A stretch of 64,000 nucleotides of DNA, taken from an uncultured Clostridium sp. (GTDB taxonomy: Bacteria; Bacillota_I; Bacilli_A; RF39; UBA660). The stretch is from contig CAJJPX010000004.1 of the NCBI GenBank assembly GCA_905193755.1, positions 105-64,104 of the forward strand, written 5' to 3'. A program made the position numbers and the translations under genes. Under the pieces are notes generated by a model that was given only the letters and a program-made list of their open reading frames with translations, was not told the DNA's origin and did no database searches. Below are positions 36,520 through 45,128 of the stretch, piece after piece; the first letter of the stretch is position 1; the number at the start of each line of letters is the position of its first letter.

Positions 36520-37441
36520 AATATATACCTACCATTTCCATTACTTTTTCACTTATTCCCATTCTCATTGCATAATCAGATAGCTTCGCAATATTTTTAT
36601 CACTTCTTTTAGTATATTGTTTAATGGATTTTTTTACTTGTTCAGGATCCATTCTACTTTTTGACCTTATAATATCACAAATACATCTTTCTTTATCATA
36701 TGCTCTGACTTTATTTCCACTTGGCGTCTCAATTTCAACAATACCTATTTCATATATATCTTCTGAAACATAAAATACATTGCATTTTTCATTTACAGTG
36801 TCAACATGATAATTTTGAGGAACTGTTACTGTATAGTTATATGGATACTCTTCAGTCATCCCATAAAAATATAGTGCATTCATATGTGAAAAAATCGCTT
36901 TTTTATATTTTTGTTGGAAAGAAAAATAACTATCTTCAAATGCATTTGGTGAAATATAAATACCTCTTGAAACTTTTTCAATATCATTATTATTTTCCAT
37001 AATTGAAAGATATTGTCTACTTATATTTAGTGGTTCTATCATTCTCGTAGAAAGCATTCCATTATTTGTATTCATTATTTGCTTTATAGTATCTGTATAT
37101 ATTTTTGCTTGTTTGTTTGGATATTTAATTGATAGGTCTTTTATTGCATTTGACATGACAGCAATATTTTTTAGTTCTTCTTGCATTGGCTTTGCAAGTT
37201 GACTAAGTTGTTCGCCTAGTTGTCTAACTGGTTTAAATGATTCAGAAATGGCTTTACTAGCTTCTGCAAGTGGTTTCATAGTCTCTTTAAGCGTTTTACT
37301 TAGTTCATTCACTGGTATTGTTATTTGACTAAGTTGTTCCTTAATTTGATTCATTGGTTCTTTCATTGAATTAATTGCTTCTACATAATTTTTAAGAACA
37401 TCATCATCAATTTTATAACTTATTTTTTTCTCTTCTTTCAT
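36512..37441 (-). CDS. AbiEi-family antitoxin/transcriptional regulator with a repeat-containing N-terminal extension of about 115 aa
   Basis: AbiEi-like wHTH region LSTRMIEPLNISRQYLSIMENNNDIEKVSRGIYISPN plus the C-terminal domain. Positioned upstream of AbiEii. The extension is described in the findings. Confidence 0.7.
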   Translation of the reverse strand: MKEEKKISYKIDDDVLKNYVEAINSMKEPMNQIKEQLSQITIPVNELSKTLKETMKPLAEASKAISESFKPVRQLGEQLSQLAKPMQEELKNIAVMSNAIKDLSIKYPNKQAKIYTDTIKQIMNTNNGMLSTRMIEPLNISRQYLSIMENNNDIEKVSRGIYISPNAFEDSYFSFQQKYKKAIFSHMNALYFYGMTEEYPYNYTVTVPQNYHVDTVNEKCNVFYVSEDIYEIGIVEIETPSGNKVRAYDKERCICDIIRSKSRMDPEQVKKSIKQYTKRSDKNIAKLSDYAMRMGISEKVMEMVGIYYE

Positions 37442-37461
37442 ATTAAATCTCTTTTCCTTCC

Positions 37462-37509
37462 TTTGACAATTACACCGAGATTATAACATTTTTCAGTTTT
37501 ATTGTCAAA
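37462..37509 (-). promoter_or_regulatory. consensus sigma-A promoter of the abiE operon bracketed by a 9-bp inverted repeat (probable operator)
   Basis: On the minus strand: TTGACA (37508-37503), 17 nt, TGTTATAAT (-10 at 37485-37480). The perfect inverted repeat TTTGACAAT / ATTGTCAAA occupies 37462-37470 and 37501-37509. Confidence 0.65.
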
Positions 37510-37570
37510 TATTAATTTCAATTTATTTTTATTTTAATATCTAACTAACTATTATTACATTTCTATGTAT

Positions 37571-37596
37571 AAAAAAAAACGAGAGCTCACGCTCTC
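37571..37596 (-). terminator. strong intrinsic terminator
   Basis: On the minus strand, GAGAGC-GTGA-GCTCTC followed by G plus T9. Confidence 0.8.
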
Positions 37597-37663
37597 TTCA
37601 GGGGGTTTTGGTTGAACATCCATATTTTGAATCGTATGGATATTCTTGACATATTTCTATGTC
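37571..37663 (-). ncRNA. candidate small RNA of about 90 nt (or the 3'UTR of the HAD gene)
   Basis: TTGACA-18 nt-TATAAT (37699-37670) upstream, a 7-bp hairpin (37641-37618), an unpaired CAAAACCCCCUGAAG tract (37610-37596), then a GC-rich terminator. No SD-preceded ORF. Confidence 0.35.
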
Positions 37664-37717
37664 ATTATCATTATATAATGTTTTAGACTTTTTTGTCAAT
37701 TGAATATTTTTAAATTT

Positions 37718-38281
37718 TTAATTTTTACTATTATTTTGGATATAATTATAAAGTTCATTCCAAGAGTTTACCCTGTCTGAAGAAGTTTCTCTTTCTTTAT
37801 TTAATCTTGATGTAAAGACAGCTCCTTTGATGTTGCTTTTATTTAAGGATTCTATTGTATCTATGCCATCATCAAACATAAAATTTATTCCTTCATCTTT
37901 ACATATTTGAAGTTTATATGTTTGTGCTGTTATGATTTTATCATAGTTTATATCATTCTTTTTTAAGAAATCTTCTACATATTTATGTGCATCTTCGAAG
38001 TATGTATTACTTCTAGCAGTTATAAAATATATTTTATTTCCTTCACTTCTTAGTTTGTCTATTATTTCTTTAGCATCTTCTTTAATAGTAGCGTTATCAC
38101 AAATATTTCTTGCATTCTTACCGAAAAAATCTTTTAGTTCAGGTGTATCTAATGTACCTCTTATTAGTTTGTAATGATCTATTTTTGTTTCTGGATGTTC
38201 ACTCTCATATTTAATAACATACTCTTCACTAGCTTCATTTGTATTAGTAAGAGTATCATCTATATCTATACCTATATTCAC
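37718..38281 (-). CDS. HAD-superfamily hydrolase (nucleotidase-like)
   Basis: Motif I IGIDIDDTLT, motif II ITARS, and the C-terminal Asp pair FMFDDG. Confidence 0.7.
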   Translation of the reverse strand: MNIGIDIDDTLTNTNEASEEYVIKYESEHPETKIDHYKLIRGTLDTPELKDFFGKNARNICDNATIKEDAKEIIDKLRSEGNKIYFITARSNTYFEDAHKYVEDFLKKNDINYDKIITAQTYKLQICKDEGINFMFDDGIDTIESLNKSNIKGAVFTSRLNKERETSSDRVNSWNELYNYIQNNSKN

Positions 38282-38337
38282 ACTATCACTCCTTTTGGGT
38301 TATGATTATATCATAATTATATTCTTTTTTCAATTTT

Positions 38338-39042
38338 TTATTTTTTTAATAGCCTTAATGCTTGCTTAAATTCCCCTACTGTTTCGACTGGTTCTTTTAT
38401 TTCTTTTTCTGCTTCTTCTGCTAAAATCTCTAATAGACTACTGCTTCTAAGTCTTCCATATGCGCCACATCTTCTTACATATTCAGTTAATTGTTCATTT
38501 TTAAAGTTATCATTACCTACGAACTGTGCGATTATAGTAGCCGCTAACTCTTTTAGATTTCTTTTATACATACTACTAAAATCATCATCTGATGTTACAT
38601 CATAAAGATCAGTATCTACTGCTTTAATTTTTTTATCAGGTGTATATATTAAATTTTCTTGATTCAAATCATTAAATAATAAACCTTGTGTAGTTAAATT
38701 TAACATTTCTCTTTCAAATTCATTTAATGCTCTTACGAAGTCTCTTAACATAGTAGCATCTTCCAAGGTTTTAATAGGTGTTCCTTCTATATATTTCATT
38801 AAGTATCCTCTTAATGATTTTCTTTCTTCTTCAAGTAAGAATATAAACTCTTCAGGGAATGCAAAATGTTCACTTTGATAATAAGCTAGTGCATCAAGTT
38901 CTATTATATATTTATATTCTTCTGGATATTCTTTAAATACTTTTCCAAAATCAGTTAAATAACAAGTTGCACTACACCCATTATTTAATCTTCTATGATA
39001 ATAACCTTCTGGTATTTGTGTAAATATTCTCTCTTTTCTCAT
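38338..39042 (-). CDS. putative protein-kinase-like fold protein (APH/Kdo-kinase-like)
   Basis: GCSATCYLTDFGKVFKEY (Gly-loop/Lys-like), catalytic-loop-like LLFNDLNQENLIY and DFG-like KAVDTDL. Weak call. Confidence 0.4.
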   Translation of the reverse strand: MRKERIFTQIPEGYYHRRLNNGCSATCYLTDFGKVFKEYPEEYKYIIELDALAYYQSEHFAFPEEFIFLLEEERKSLRGYLMKYIEGTPIKTLEDATMLRDFVRALNEFEREMLNLTTQGLLFNDLNQENLIYTPDKKIKAVDTDLYDVTSDDDFSSMYKRNLKELAATIIAQFVGNDNFKNEQLTEYVRRCGAYGRLRSSSLLEILAEEAEKEIKEPVETVGEFKQALRLLKK

Positions 39043-39112
39043 AGTAACCTCTTGAGTATATATACTATCACAAATGATACCTCCTGTAAAACTAAAGTTA
39101 ATTTTAATGTAA

Positions 39113-39140
39113 AGAAAAATGTTAACATGTTGTTAACATT
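39113..39140 (-). terminator. intrinsic terminator after the ABC permease gene
   Basis: Perfect 10-bp inverted repeat AATGTTAACA-TGT-TGTTAACATT, followed on the minus strand by T5. It overlaps the stop codon. Confidence 0.6.
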
Positions 39141-40494
39141 AATTTTTATTTTTTAAAGATTTAAACATCTTTTTCCATAGTTTACTTGATGAATAATTTA
39201 GTATTCCTTCTTTATATATTCTAAGTCCATATTTATATAATAAGAAGCAAGTTATTATCATAAGAAGTATAGCTATTACTAGATCTATTATTGTCATTTC
39301 ACCAAGTGTATACATTACTGGTGCTAGTATTCCTGATATGAATGGTATAAACGCAGCTACTTTTATAAATACTGCTCCTTGGTAAACTGATGCGTAAAGA
39401 GCTAAATAATAACCTAGCATTAAGAATATCATTACTGGTGTTTGTATTTGATTATAGTCTTCCATACTTGTTGTCATACTAGCAAGTACTCCTATAAATA
39501 ATGAGTATGCTAAGAAACTAAGTATTATTAATATTAAGAAGAATGGTATACCTGCAAGTAGTTTAGATGCCATATCACTTTGTAAGAACATTGTTATGTA
39601 TGAACTTATTTTACCTGTAGCTTCTGCGCCTACTACTCCTGTACTAACGCTACCTGCAGTTGTAAAGAATCTAATACCACTACCAATGAATGCATATAAT
39701 AGAAGTAAGAATCCTTGGAATAAAGCAAATACATTTGATGCGACTAACTTAGACATAAAATGTGCTTCAGGAGTTACACTTGATATGATTATTTCCATAC
39801 TCTTAGTACTTTTCTCTTCATTAATTTCAGCACCTATCATTTGAACCATAAGTACTATTAATATAAAGAATGGAACTATAAATACTATTATAATTACACT
39901 ACCTATTAATTTAATAAGTTCTTCGTTTTCATTTAGATTTTCATCTAAATATATTCTATTTATTTCTACATTTTTATAAATACTACTTAATACTTCTTCA
40001 CTAATATTAGCACTCTTCATAGCCATATTTACTTTAGTAGTATTAAGAGCATTAAGTAAGTCTTGATATAATATATTATCAATATAATCATAAGATATCA
40101 TATCCACATCAAACATTTTATCAAGTGATGTAGTATCTATCTTTTTAACATTTATTATTATATCTTTTGTTTCATCTTTAATAATCTCTTCTTTTAACTC
40201 ATCTATAGATTTATCTGTCTTAGTAAGACTTGCGTTATAGTTATTAAGTATATCTTTGTATCCAGTTTTCATAGTTTCTTCTAAGTCATTATAGATACCT
40301 ACTTCATCAATAACATACACATTTATTTCTTTGTCAAAGTCTCCACCAAATAATTTAACTACACTATCTAGGTTAATCAAACAAATTGTTATTAAGAATA
40401 TTACTATGTTTACTATCAAGAAAGATTTAGTACATATTTTTTTCTTAAGACTATCTTTTGTTAAAAACTTGAATTTATTTTTCATATACTTCAC
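39139..40494 (-). CDS. ABC-2-type permease (NatB/YhaP-like)
   Basis: N-terminal TM, a large extracytoplasmic loop, then five C-terminal TM segments. It overlaps the ATPase gene by 20 nt. Confidence 0.7.
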   Translation of the reverse strand: MKYMKNKFKFLTKDSLKKKICTKSFLIVNIVIFLITICLINLDSVVKLFGGDFDKEINVYVIDEVGIYNDLEETMKTGYKDILNNYNASLTKTDKSIDELKEEIIKDETKDIIINVKKIDTTSLDKMFDVDMISYDYIDNILYQDLLNALNTTKVNMAMKSANISEEVLSSIYKNVEINRIYLDENLNENEELIKLIGSVIIIVFIVPFFILIVLMVQMIGAEINEEKSTKSMEIIISSVTPEAHFMSKLVASNVFALFQGFLLLLYAFIGSGIRFFTTAGSVSTGVVGAEATGKISSYITMFLQSDMASKLLAGIPFFLILIILSFLAYSLFIGVLASMTTSMEDYNQIQTPVMIFLMLGYYLALYASVYQGAVFIKVAAFIPFISGILAPVMYTLGEMTIIDLVIAILLMIITCFLLYKYGLRIYKEGILNYSSSKLWKKMFKSLKNKN

Positions 40495-41374
40495 CTACTT
40501 TACTAACAAATATTTCATTTAAAGTTGGTTCTTCAACAACGAATTTAGTTACATTATTATACTTAGATATTGCTTTAAATAAATTATTAACATAAGATTC
40601 ATCTTCTAATCTAATAGTGTACTCATCTTTATTTTTTTCTATTCCTTCTACACCTTTTACTTTAAGTATTTCTTTTTCATCTAAAGATGCTTGTACTTTT
40701 ACATTTTTCTTTCTGAAGTCTTTCTTTATTTTAGTTAGTTTACCTTCTAAGACTGTATTTCCTTTTACAAGAATTATTAATGAGTCACAGAAGTATTCTA
40801 TGTGTTCCATCATATGTGATGAGAATATAATCATAGTACCTTTCTTTTTAAGTCTTAGTATTTCTTTTTTGAACATTTCTACGTTTATTGGATCTAATCC
40901 ACTAAACGGTTCATCTAGTATAAGAAGTTTTGGTTCATGAATTATACTTATTATGAATTGTATTTTTTGTTGATTACCTTTTGATAGTTCTTTTATCTTT
41001 TTATTTTTATAATCTGTTATACCAAATTCTTCTAAGTATTTATCTAATCTTTCTTCTACTTCTTTTTCAGTTAGTCCTTTTAGTACTCCATAGAATATAG
41101 CTTGTTCTAATACTGTTTTTGATGGTAATAAACTTCTTTCTTCTGTTAAGAAACCTATTTCATCTGATACGCTATAGTCTATTTTTTTACCATTAAGTGT
41201 AATATTTCCTTCTGTTTTATCAAGAAGTCCCATAATCATTCTGAATGTTGTTGTTTTACCAGCACCATTAACACCTAATAGACCAAATATTTCTCCTTCT
41301 TTTACTTCAAATGAAAGGTCGTTTACTGCTCTAAAGTCATCATAGTATTTTGTTACGTGTTCTACTTTTAACAT
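40475..41374 (-). CDS. ABC transporter ATP-binding protein (NatA-like)
   Basis: Walker A GVNGAGKTTT, signature LSKGNQQKI, Walker B LLILDEPFSGLD, H-loop SSHMM. Confidence 0.9.
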   Translation of the reverse strand: MLKVEHVTKYYDDFRAVNDLSFEVKEGEIFGLLGVNGAGKTTTFRMIMGLLDKTEGNITLNGKKIDYSVSDEIGFLTEERSLLPSKTVLEQAIFYGVLKGLTEKEVEERLDKYLEEFGITDYKNKKIKELSKGNQQKIQFIISIIHEPKLLILDEPFSGLDPINVEMFKKEILRLKKKGTMIIFSSHMMEHIEYFCDSLIILVKGNTVLEGKLTKIKKDFRKKNVKVQASLDEKEILKVKGVEGIEKNKDEYTIRLEDESYVNNLFKAISKYNNVTKFVVEEPTLNEIFVSKVGEVYEK

Positions 41375-41925
41375 ATTTTCACTTCCATTCCTGTTTCAAT
41401 ATCAAGTTTTTCTGCTTCATCTTTATTCATATGCATCTCAAGTACACAAGTTTCATCTGATTTGATATGTACATCATCTAAAGTAACACCATTTTCTACA
41501 TTTACTTTCACTACTTCATCATTATGTCTTTTAAATGTTTCTAAGTCTTCCTTACTCATATGAATATGTCTATCTGCAATAATAGTTGATTCTACTGCTT
41601 CGTATTCACCTTTAGGGCCAACTATAGTAATATTTTCACTACCTACTAAGTCGCCACTCTTTCTAACTGGGCAGTCTAGTCCAAAGAAGCTATTATCAGT
41701 CTCTAATAATTCTACTTGAGTATACTTTCTACATGGACCAATAATTCTTACATGTTCTAATACTTTTTTTCCTTTTTTAAGAGTTACTGTTTCTTCACAC
41801 GCATATTGACCTTTTTGAGTTAAATATCTTTTAGGAGTTAACTTATATCCCTTACCAAATAATATTTCTAATACTTCTTTAGTCAAATGAATGTGATGGT
41901 TTGATACACCAATTTTTATGTTCAT
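41368..41925 (-). CDS. pduL: PduL-type phosphate acyltransferase
   Basis: Duplicated PduL motifs IKIGVSNHHIHLTKE and IIADRHIHMSKED. The ATG at 41925 is preceded by GGAGGT. Confidence 0.8.
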   Translation of the reverse strand: MNIKIGVSNHHIHLTKEVLEILFGKGYKLTPKRYLTQKGQYACEETVTLKKGKKVLEHVRIIGPCRKYTQVELLETDNSFFGLDCPVRKSGDLVGSENITIVGPKGEYEAVESTIIADRHIHMSKEDLETFKRHNDEVVKVNVENGVTLDDVHIKSDETCVLEMHMNKDEAEKLDIETGMEVKIC

Positions 41926-42011
41926 TCTAACCTCCAAGTTAATTATACTATAAATTATATAATTATTTATCACAAACTTACTATTTTTGTCATTTAATAC
42001 TTATAAAGGAA

Positions 42012-42359
42012 GTGATTCAAGTGAATGGTAGTTATTATCAAAGCCCAGTATTTATAAATGATATAGAACGTGAGAATAATGAATATTATGAAAAGAAGCC
42101 TGTTGATGATTACGCTCTTACTAGTGAACAAAGTTATATAGAAAATATTCTTAGAAATAATATTGGTAAAAAAGTAAGAGTTCATGCATCTTTTTCAGAT
42201 TCTGTTGAATGGAGAGATAGAGTTTTTACAGGTTATATAGAGCATGCTGGTCGTGATAACTTAGTAATAAATGATAAAGATAATGGTAAAAACTATTTAA
42301 TACTTATGATATATTTAGATTTTGTTGAGTTTGATGAAGAAATAACTTACGCTAAATAA
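42012..42359 (+). CDS. gerQ: spore coat protein GerQ-like
   Basis: SYIENILRNNIGKKVRVHASFSDSVEWRDRVFTGYIEHAGRDNLVINDKDNGKNYLILMIYLDFVEFDEEI follows the GerQ/YwdL pattern. The start is ambiguous (GTG at 42012 or 42021). Confidence 0.75.
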   Translation: MIQVNGSYYQSPVFINDIERENNEYYEKKPVDDYALTSEQSYIENILRNNIGKKVRVHASFSDSVEWRDRVFTGYIEHAGRDNLVINDKDNGKNYLILMIYLDFVEFDEEITYAK

Positions 42360-42409
42360 CTTTAAAAAATATTCAATATTTGATATAATACTTTATAGGA
42401 TGTGATTAC

Positions 42410-42976
42410 ATGAAAACTCTAAATATAATTGCTTTAGTATTAGTTATTTTAATAGTATTATTTATACTTTCAAATATTCTTTTGAAGTTCTTTAAAGAAA
42501 GAATAGATAATTTATATAAGATGCTTAATAATGCTGAAAATGACATGTTAGAGAAAATGAAGAATAAAAAAGAGTTATTACTTAAGATGATTAGTTATAT
42601 CACTAAGAAATTAAAAATAGAAAGTAGTACTTTTGAAGAAGTTAAAAATATTGAAGTTAATGATTTAGTTAATTTTAAAGATGAAAGTGTCTTTGATAAA
42701 TGTTATAGTGAAATATTAGAGATTCGTGAAGATAATAAGAAAACTAAAGAGAATAAAGATATTAAAGAGTTTAATCAAAATATTGATGAATTTGAAGATA
42801 ATGAATTACATATAATATCTCTTAGAACTTTTTATAATAAATATACTTTAGAATATAATAATTTGATCAAAAAAATACCTTTTAATCTAGTTGCTAAATT
42901 AAAAGGTTATAAGATAAAAACTTTACTTGAAGGAAGAGAAATTGACGATAGTTTTAATAATGATTTGGAAGTGTAA
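42410..42976 (+). CDS. lemA: LemA-family membrane protein
   Basis: N-terminal TM and the C-terminal LRTFYNKYTLEYNNLIKKIPFNLVAKLKGYK motif. Confidence 0.7.
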   Translation: MKTLNIIALVLVILIVLFILSNILLKFFKERIDNLYKMLNNAENDMLEKMKNKKELLLKMISYITKKLKIESSTFEEVKNIEVNDLVNFKDESVFDKCYSEILEIREDNKKTKENKDIKEFNQNIDEFEDNELHIISLRTFYNKYTLEYNNLIKKIPFNLVAKLKGYKIKTLLEGREIDDSFNNDLEV

Positions 42977-43625
42977 AATTCACTTCTTTTATATTGTTCT
43001 TTTTTAGGAAGTTGTTTGCTTTTGAGAATGGTTTACTTCCAAAGAATCCATTTCTAGCTGAGAATGGACTTGGATGTGTGCTTTCTATTACTAGGTGTTT
43101 AGGATTTGTTATAAATACTTTTTTGCTTCTTGCGAAGTTTCCCCACAGTATGAATACTACTGGTTCTTTTTTAAGATTTATTAGTTTTATTATATGATCT
43201 GTTAAAAGTTGCCAACCTAGATCTTTATGTGATGCTGGCATGTCTTTTCTAACAGTTAAAACGCTATTTAATAAAAGTACTCCTTCTTTAGTCCATGGCG
43301 TTAAGTCTCCACTTGGTCCATTTTTGATTCCTAAGTCATCATATAATTCTTTATATATATTTTGAAGACTTGGTGGAAGTTTAATTCCTTCTTGTACACT
43401 AAATGAAAGACCATGAGCTTCACCTTCTCCGTGGTATGGATCTTGTCCTAAAATAACTATTTTAACTTTACTATAAGGTGTACTCTTTAATGCATTAAAT
43501 ATATTTTCATATGCTGGATAACAAGTATAATTCTTATATTCTTCTTTTACTTTATCCATAAATTTATGAAAGCCTGGACTTTCCCATACACTCTTTAATA
43601 CTATATCCCAATCATTGCCTATCAT
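42954..43625 (-). CDS. ung: uracil-DNA glycosylase
   Basis: GQDPYHGEGEAHGLSFSV, LLLNSVLTV and HPSPFSA. Confidence 0.95.
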   Translation of the reverse strand: MIGNDWDIVLKSVWESPGFHKFMDKVKEEYKNYTCYPAYENIFNALKSTPYSKVKIVILGQDPYHGEGEAHGLSFSVQEGIKLPPSLQNIYKELYDDLGIKNGPSGDLTPWTKEGVLLLNSVLTVRKDMPASHKDLGWQLLTDHIIKLINLKKEPVVFILWGNFARSKKVFITNPKHLVIESTHPSPFSARNGFFGSKPFSKANNFLKKNNIKEVNFTLPNHY

Positions 43626-43633
43626 AACTACTC

Positions 43634-44011
43634 CTAAAAATTACTTATATAGTTCCATACATTCCATAAGTATATACCTTGATCTCCTAAAATACCAGCT
43701 ATACCTCCAGAATATGTATCAGCACCTATTCTAACTAAAAACATAAGTCCAATTATTATACACATAAATAACCATTTAATCTTTAGTTTATTCTTTTTAC
43801 TTATGGTTATAATTATTGTTAATAAAAAGAAGAAAGCAACAAAAATAATATTAAATGTTGATAAACTAACATCTCCCATATATCCATCTATTATTCCAGT
43901 ATCTGCATCATTATATGAATACATCATTAGATTAGATGGAAATCCTTTTGTTATGATTATTATTAATGTTAGTATTGTTACAACTATATAATATATTTTA
44001 TACTTCTTCAT
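43634..44011 (-). CDS. hypothetical membrane protein
   Basis: Three hydrophobic helices. It lies 2 nt downstream of the XRE regulator gene. Confidence 0.5.
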   Translation of the reverse strand: MKKYKIYYIVVTILTLIIIITKGFPSNLMMYSYNDADTGIIDGYMGDVSLSTFNIIFVAFFFLLTIIITISKKNKLKIKWLFMCIIIGLMFLVRIGADTYSGGIAGILGDQGIYLWNVWNYISNF

Positions 44012-44013
44012 TT

Positions 44014-44595
44014 TTAACTCCTTTTTAATTTAATTTTACCACAGTTTCTAAATACATTTTTTTCATAAGTTATTTTTTTATCGTTTGTGTCACTTGGTAA
44101 TTCTATTATTTTAAGCTCATAGTTTTTTATGTTTACTAGTAGTTTTAAATTGTCTTTCTTAACTAGATAGTAAGGTGATAAATCGCTTAATGCATCTGCG
44201 GTAGATACCGGTCCAATTTCTGGAACTGTAAATGTATCTATAACAAGATCTACTACATTTAATTTTTTACTTCTTGAAAGAACATATATTTCATATGACT
44301 CATCAAAGTATTCTTTTAATACTTCTTCATACATAGAAAGTTTACTTTTATATTTATTTTTATCTAATTCTATTTTTAAAGTAAGTGCTGGTAAATTATT
44401 GTTTTTATCTAATAAATAGTCTATTGTCAAACCAAATAATTTTGATAGATGTTGTAAATTAGTTATATCAGGTAGTCCTTCATCACTCTCCCATTTAGTT
44501 ATTGCTTGCCTTGAAACGTTTATGAGAAGAGATAATTCTTCTTGTGTAAGACCAAATCTTTTCCTTATCTCTTTTAATTTATTTCCAAATGTCAT
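44014..44595 (-). CDS. XRE-family HTH transcriptional regulator with C-terminal domain
   Basis: FGNKLKEIRKRFGLTQEELSLLINVSRQAITKWESDEGLPDITNL. Confidence 0.85.
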   Translation of the reverse strand: MTFGNKLKEIRKRFGLTQEELSLLINVSRQAITKWESDEGLPDITNLQHLSKLFGLTIDYLLDKNNNLPALTLKIELDKNKYKSKLSMYEEVLKEYFDESYEIYVLSRSKKLNVVDLVIDTFTVPEIGPVSTADALSDLSPYYLVKKDNLKLLVNIKNYELKIIELPSDTNDKKITYEKNVFRNCGKIKLKRS

Positions 44596-44681
44596 AAGTT
44601 CCTCCTTTCATAACTAATTTTACATATAATCATATATTTTTAAAGAGATTTTAGTTTACATTAATGCTACTTATCATGTCA

Positions 44682-45128
44682 TTACTTAATTGTGAATTCA
44701 GAGGCTACATAGAATAACTCTAATGTATCTGGTACAGTTACTTCTTTTATAAGTCTATATTCTCCTTTTGGTAATTTTAAATAACTATCTTTCCAATCAA
44801 CAGTTATTTGATCAGTTGACTTTGGATCTACTTCATATGTTTCATCTACAAATTCATTAATGATATTTATTTCATGCCATACATTATCTCTTTTAACTTC
44901 TATTGTGTATGCTGCATTATAGTTAATAACTTCTTTTCTATTATTTTCAAGTACGAATGTAGCTCCATTCTTTGTTAAAGTGTCTTCTTTTACTTTTAAA
45001 GTTATTTCGTCAGTTTCAATATTTATTGATGACTCTGCTCCAATAAGTTTATCAAGTTTAGTTGTACATCCAGTTAAAGTAAATAATAATGCTGTGCTTA
45101 TTATTAAAGCAATAATAGTTTTTTTCAT
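44682..45128 (-). CDS. lipoprotein, function unknown
   Basis: Signal peptide with lipobox LTGC. Confidence 0.6.
   Translation of the reverse strand: MKKTIIALIISTALLFTLTGCTTKLDKLIGAESSINIETDEITLKVKEDTLTKNGATFVLENNRKEVINYNAAYTIEVKRDNVWHEINIINEFVDETYEVDPKSTDQITVDWKDSYLKLPKGEYRLIKEVTVPDTLELFYVASEFTIK

Noticed and set aside
37646-37679. A plus-strand TTGACA (37646-37651) followed by TATAAT (37674-37679).
   Set aside because: The 22-nt spacer is too long for a sigma-A promoter, and it would drive antisense transcription into the HAD gene. The hexamers are better explained as the complement of the minus-strand module.
39118-39140. A perfect 10-bp palindrome containing two GTTAAC sites, considered as a recombination or operator site.
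   Set aside because: A T-run follows on the coding strand and it sits at the end of the ABC operon. This makes it a plain intrinsic terminator.
41994-42185. A 63-aa minus-strand ORF overlapping the gerQ start region.
   Set aside because: It is antisense to a gene with strong family-level similarity (GerQ). It is hydrophobic and low-complexity, with no SD.
42954-42976. A 23-nt convergent overlap of the lemA and ung 3' ends.
   Set aside because: Short convergent overlaps are common in compact genomes. I saw no hairpin or other signal suggesting regulatory significance.
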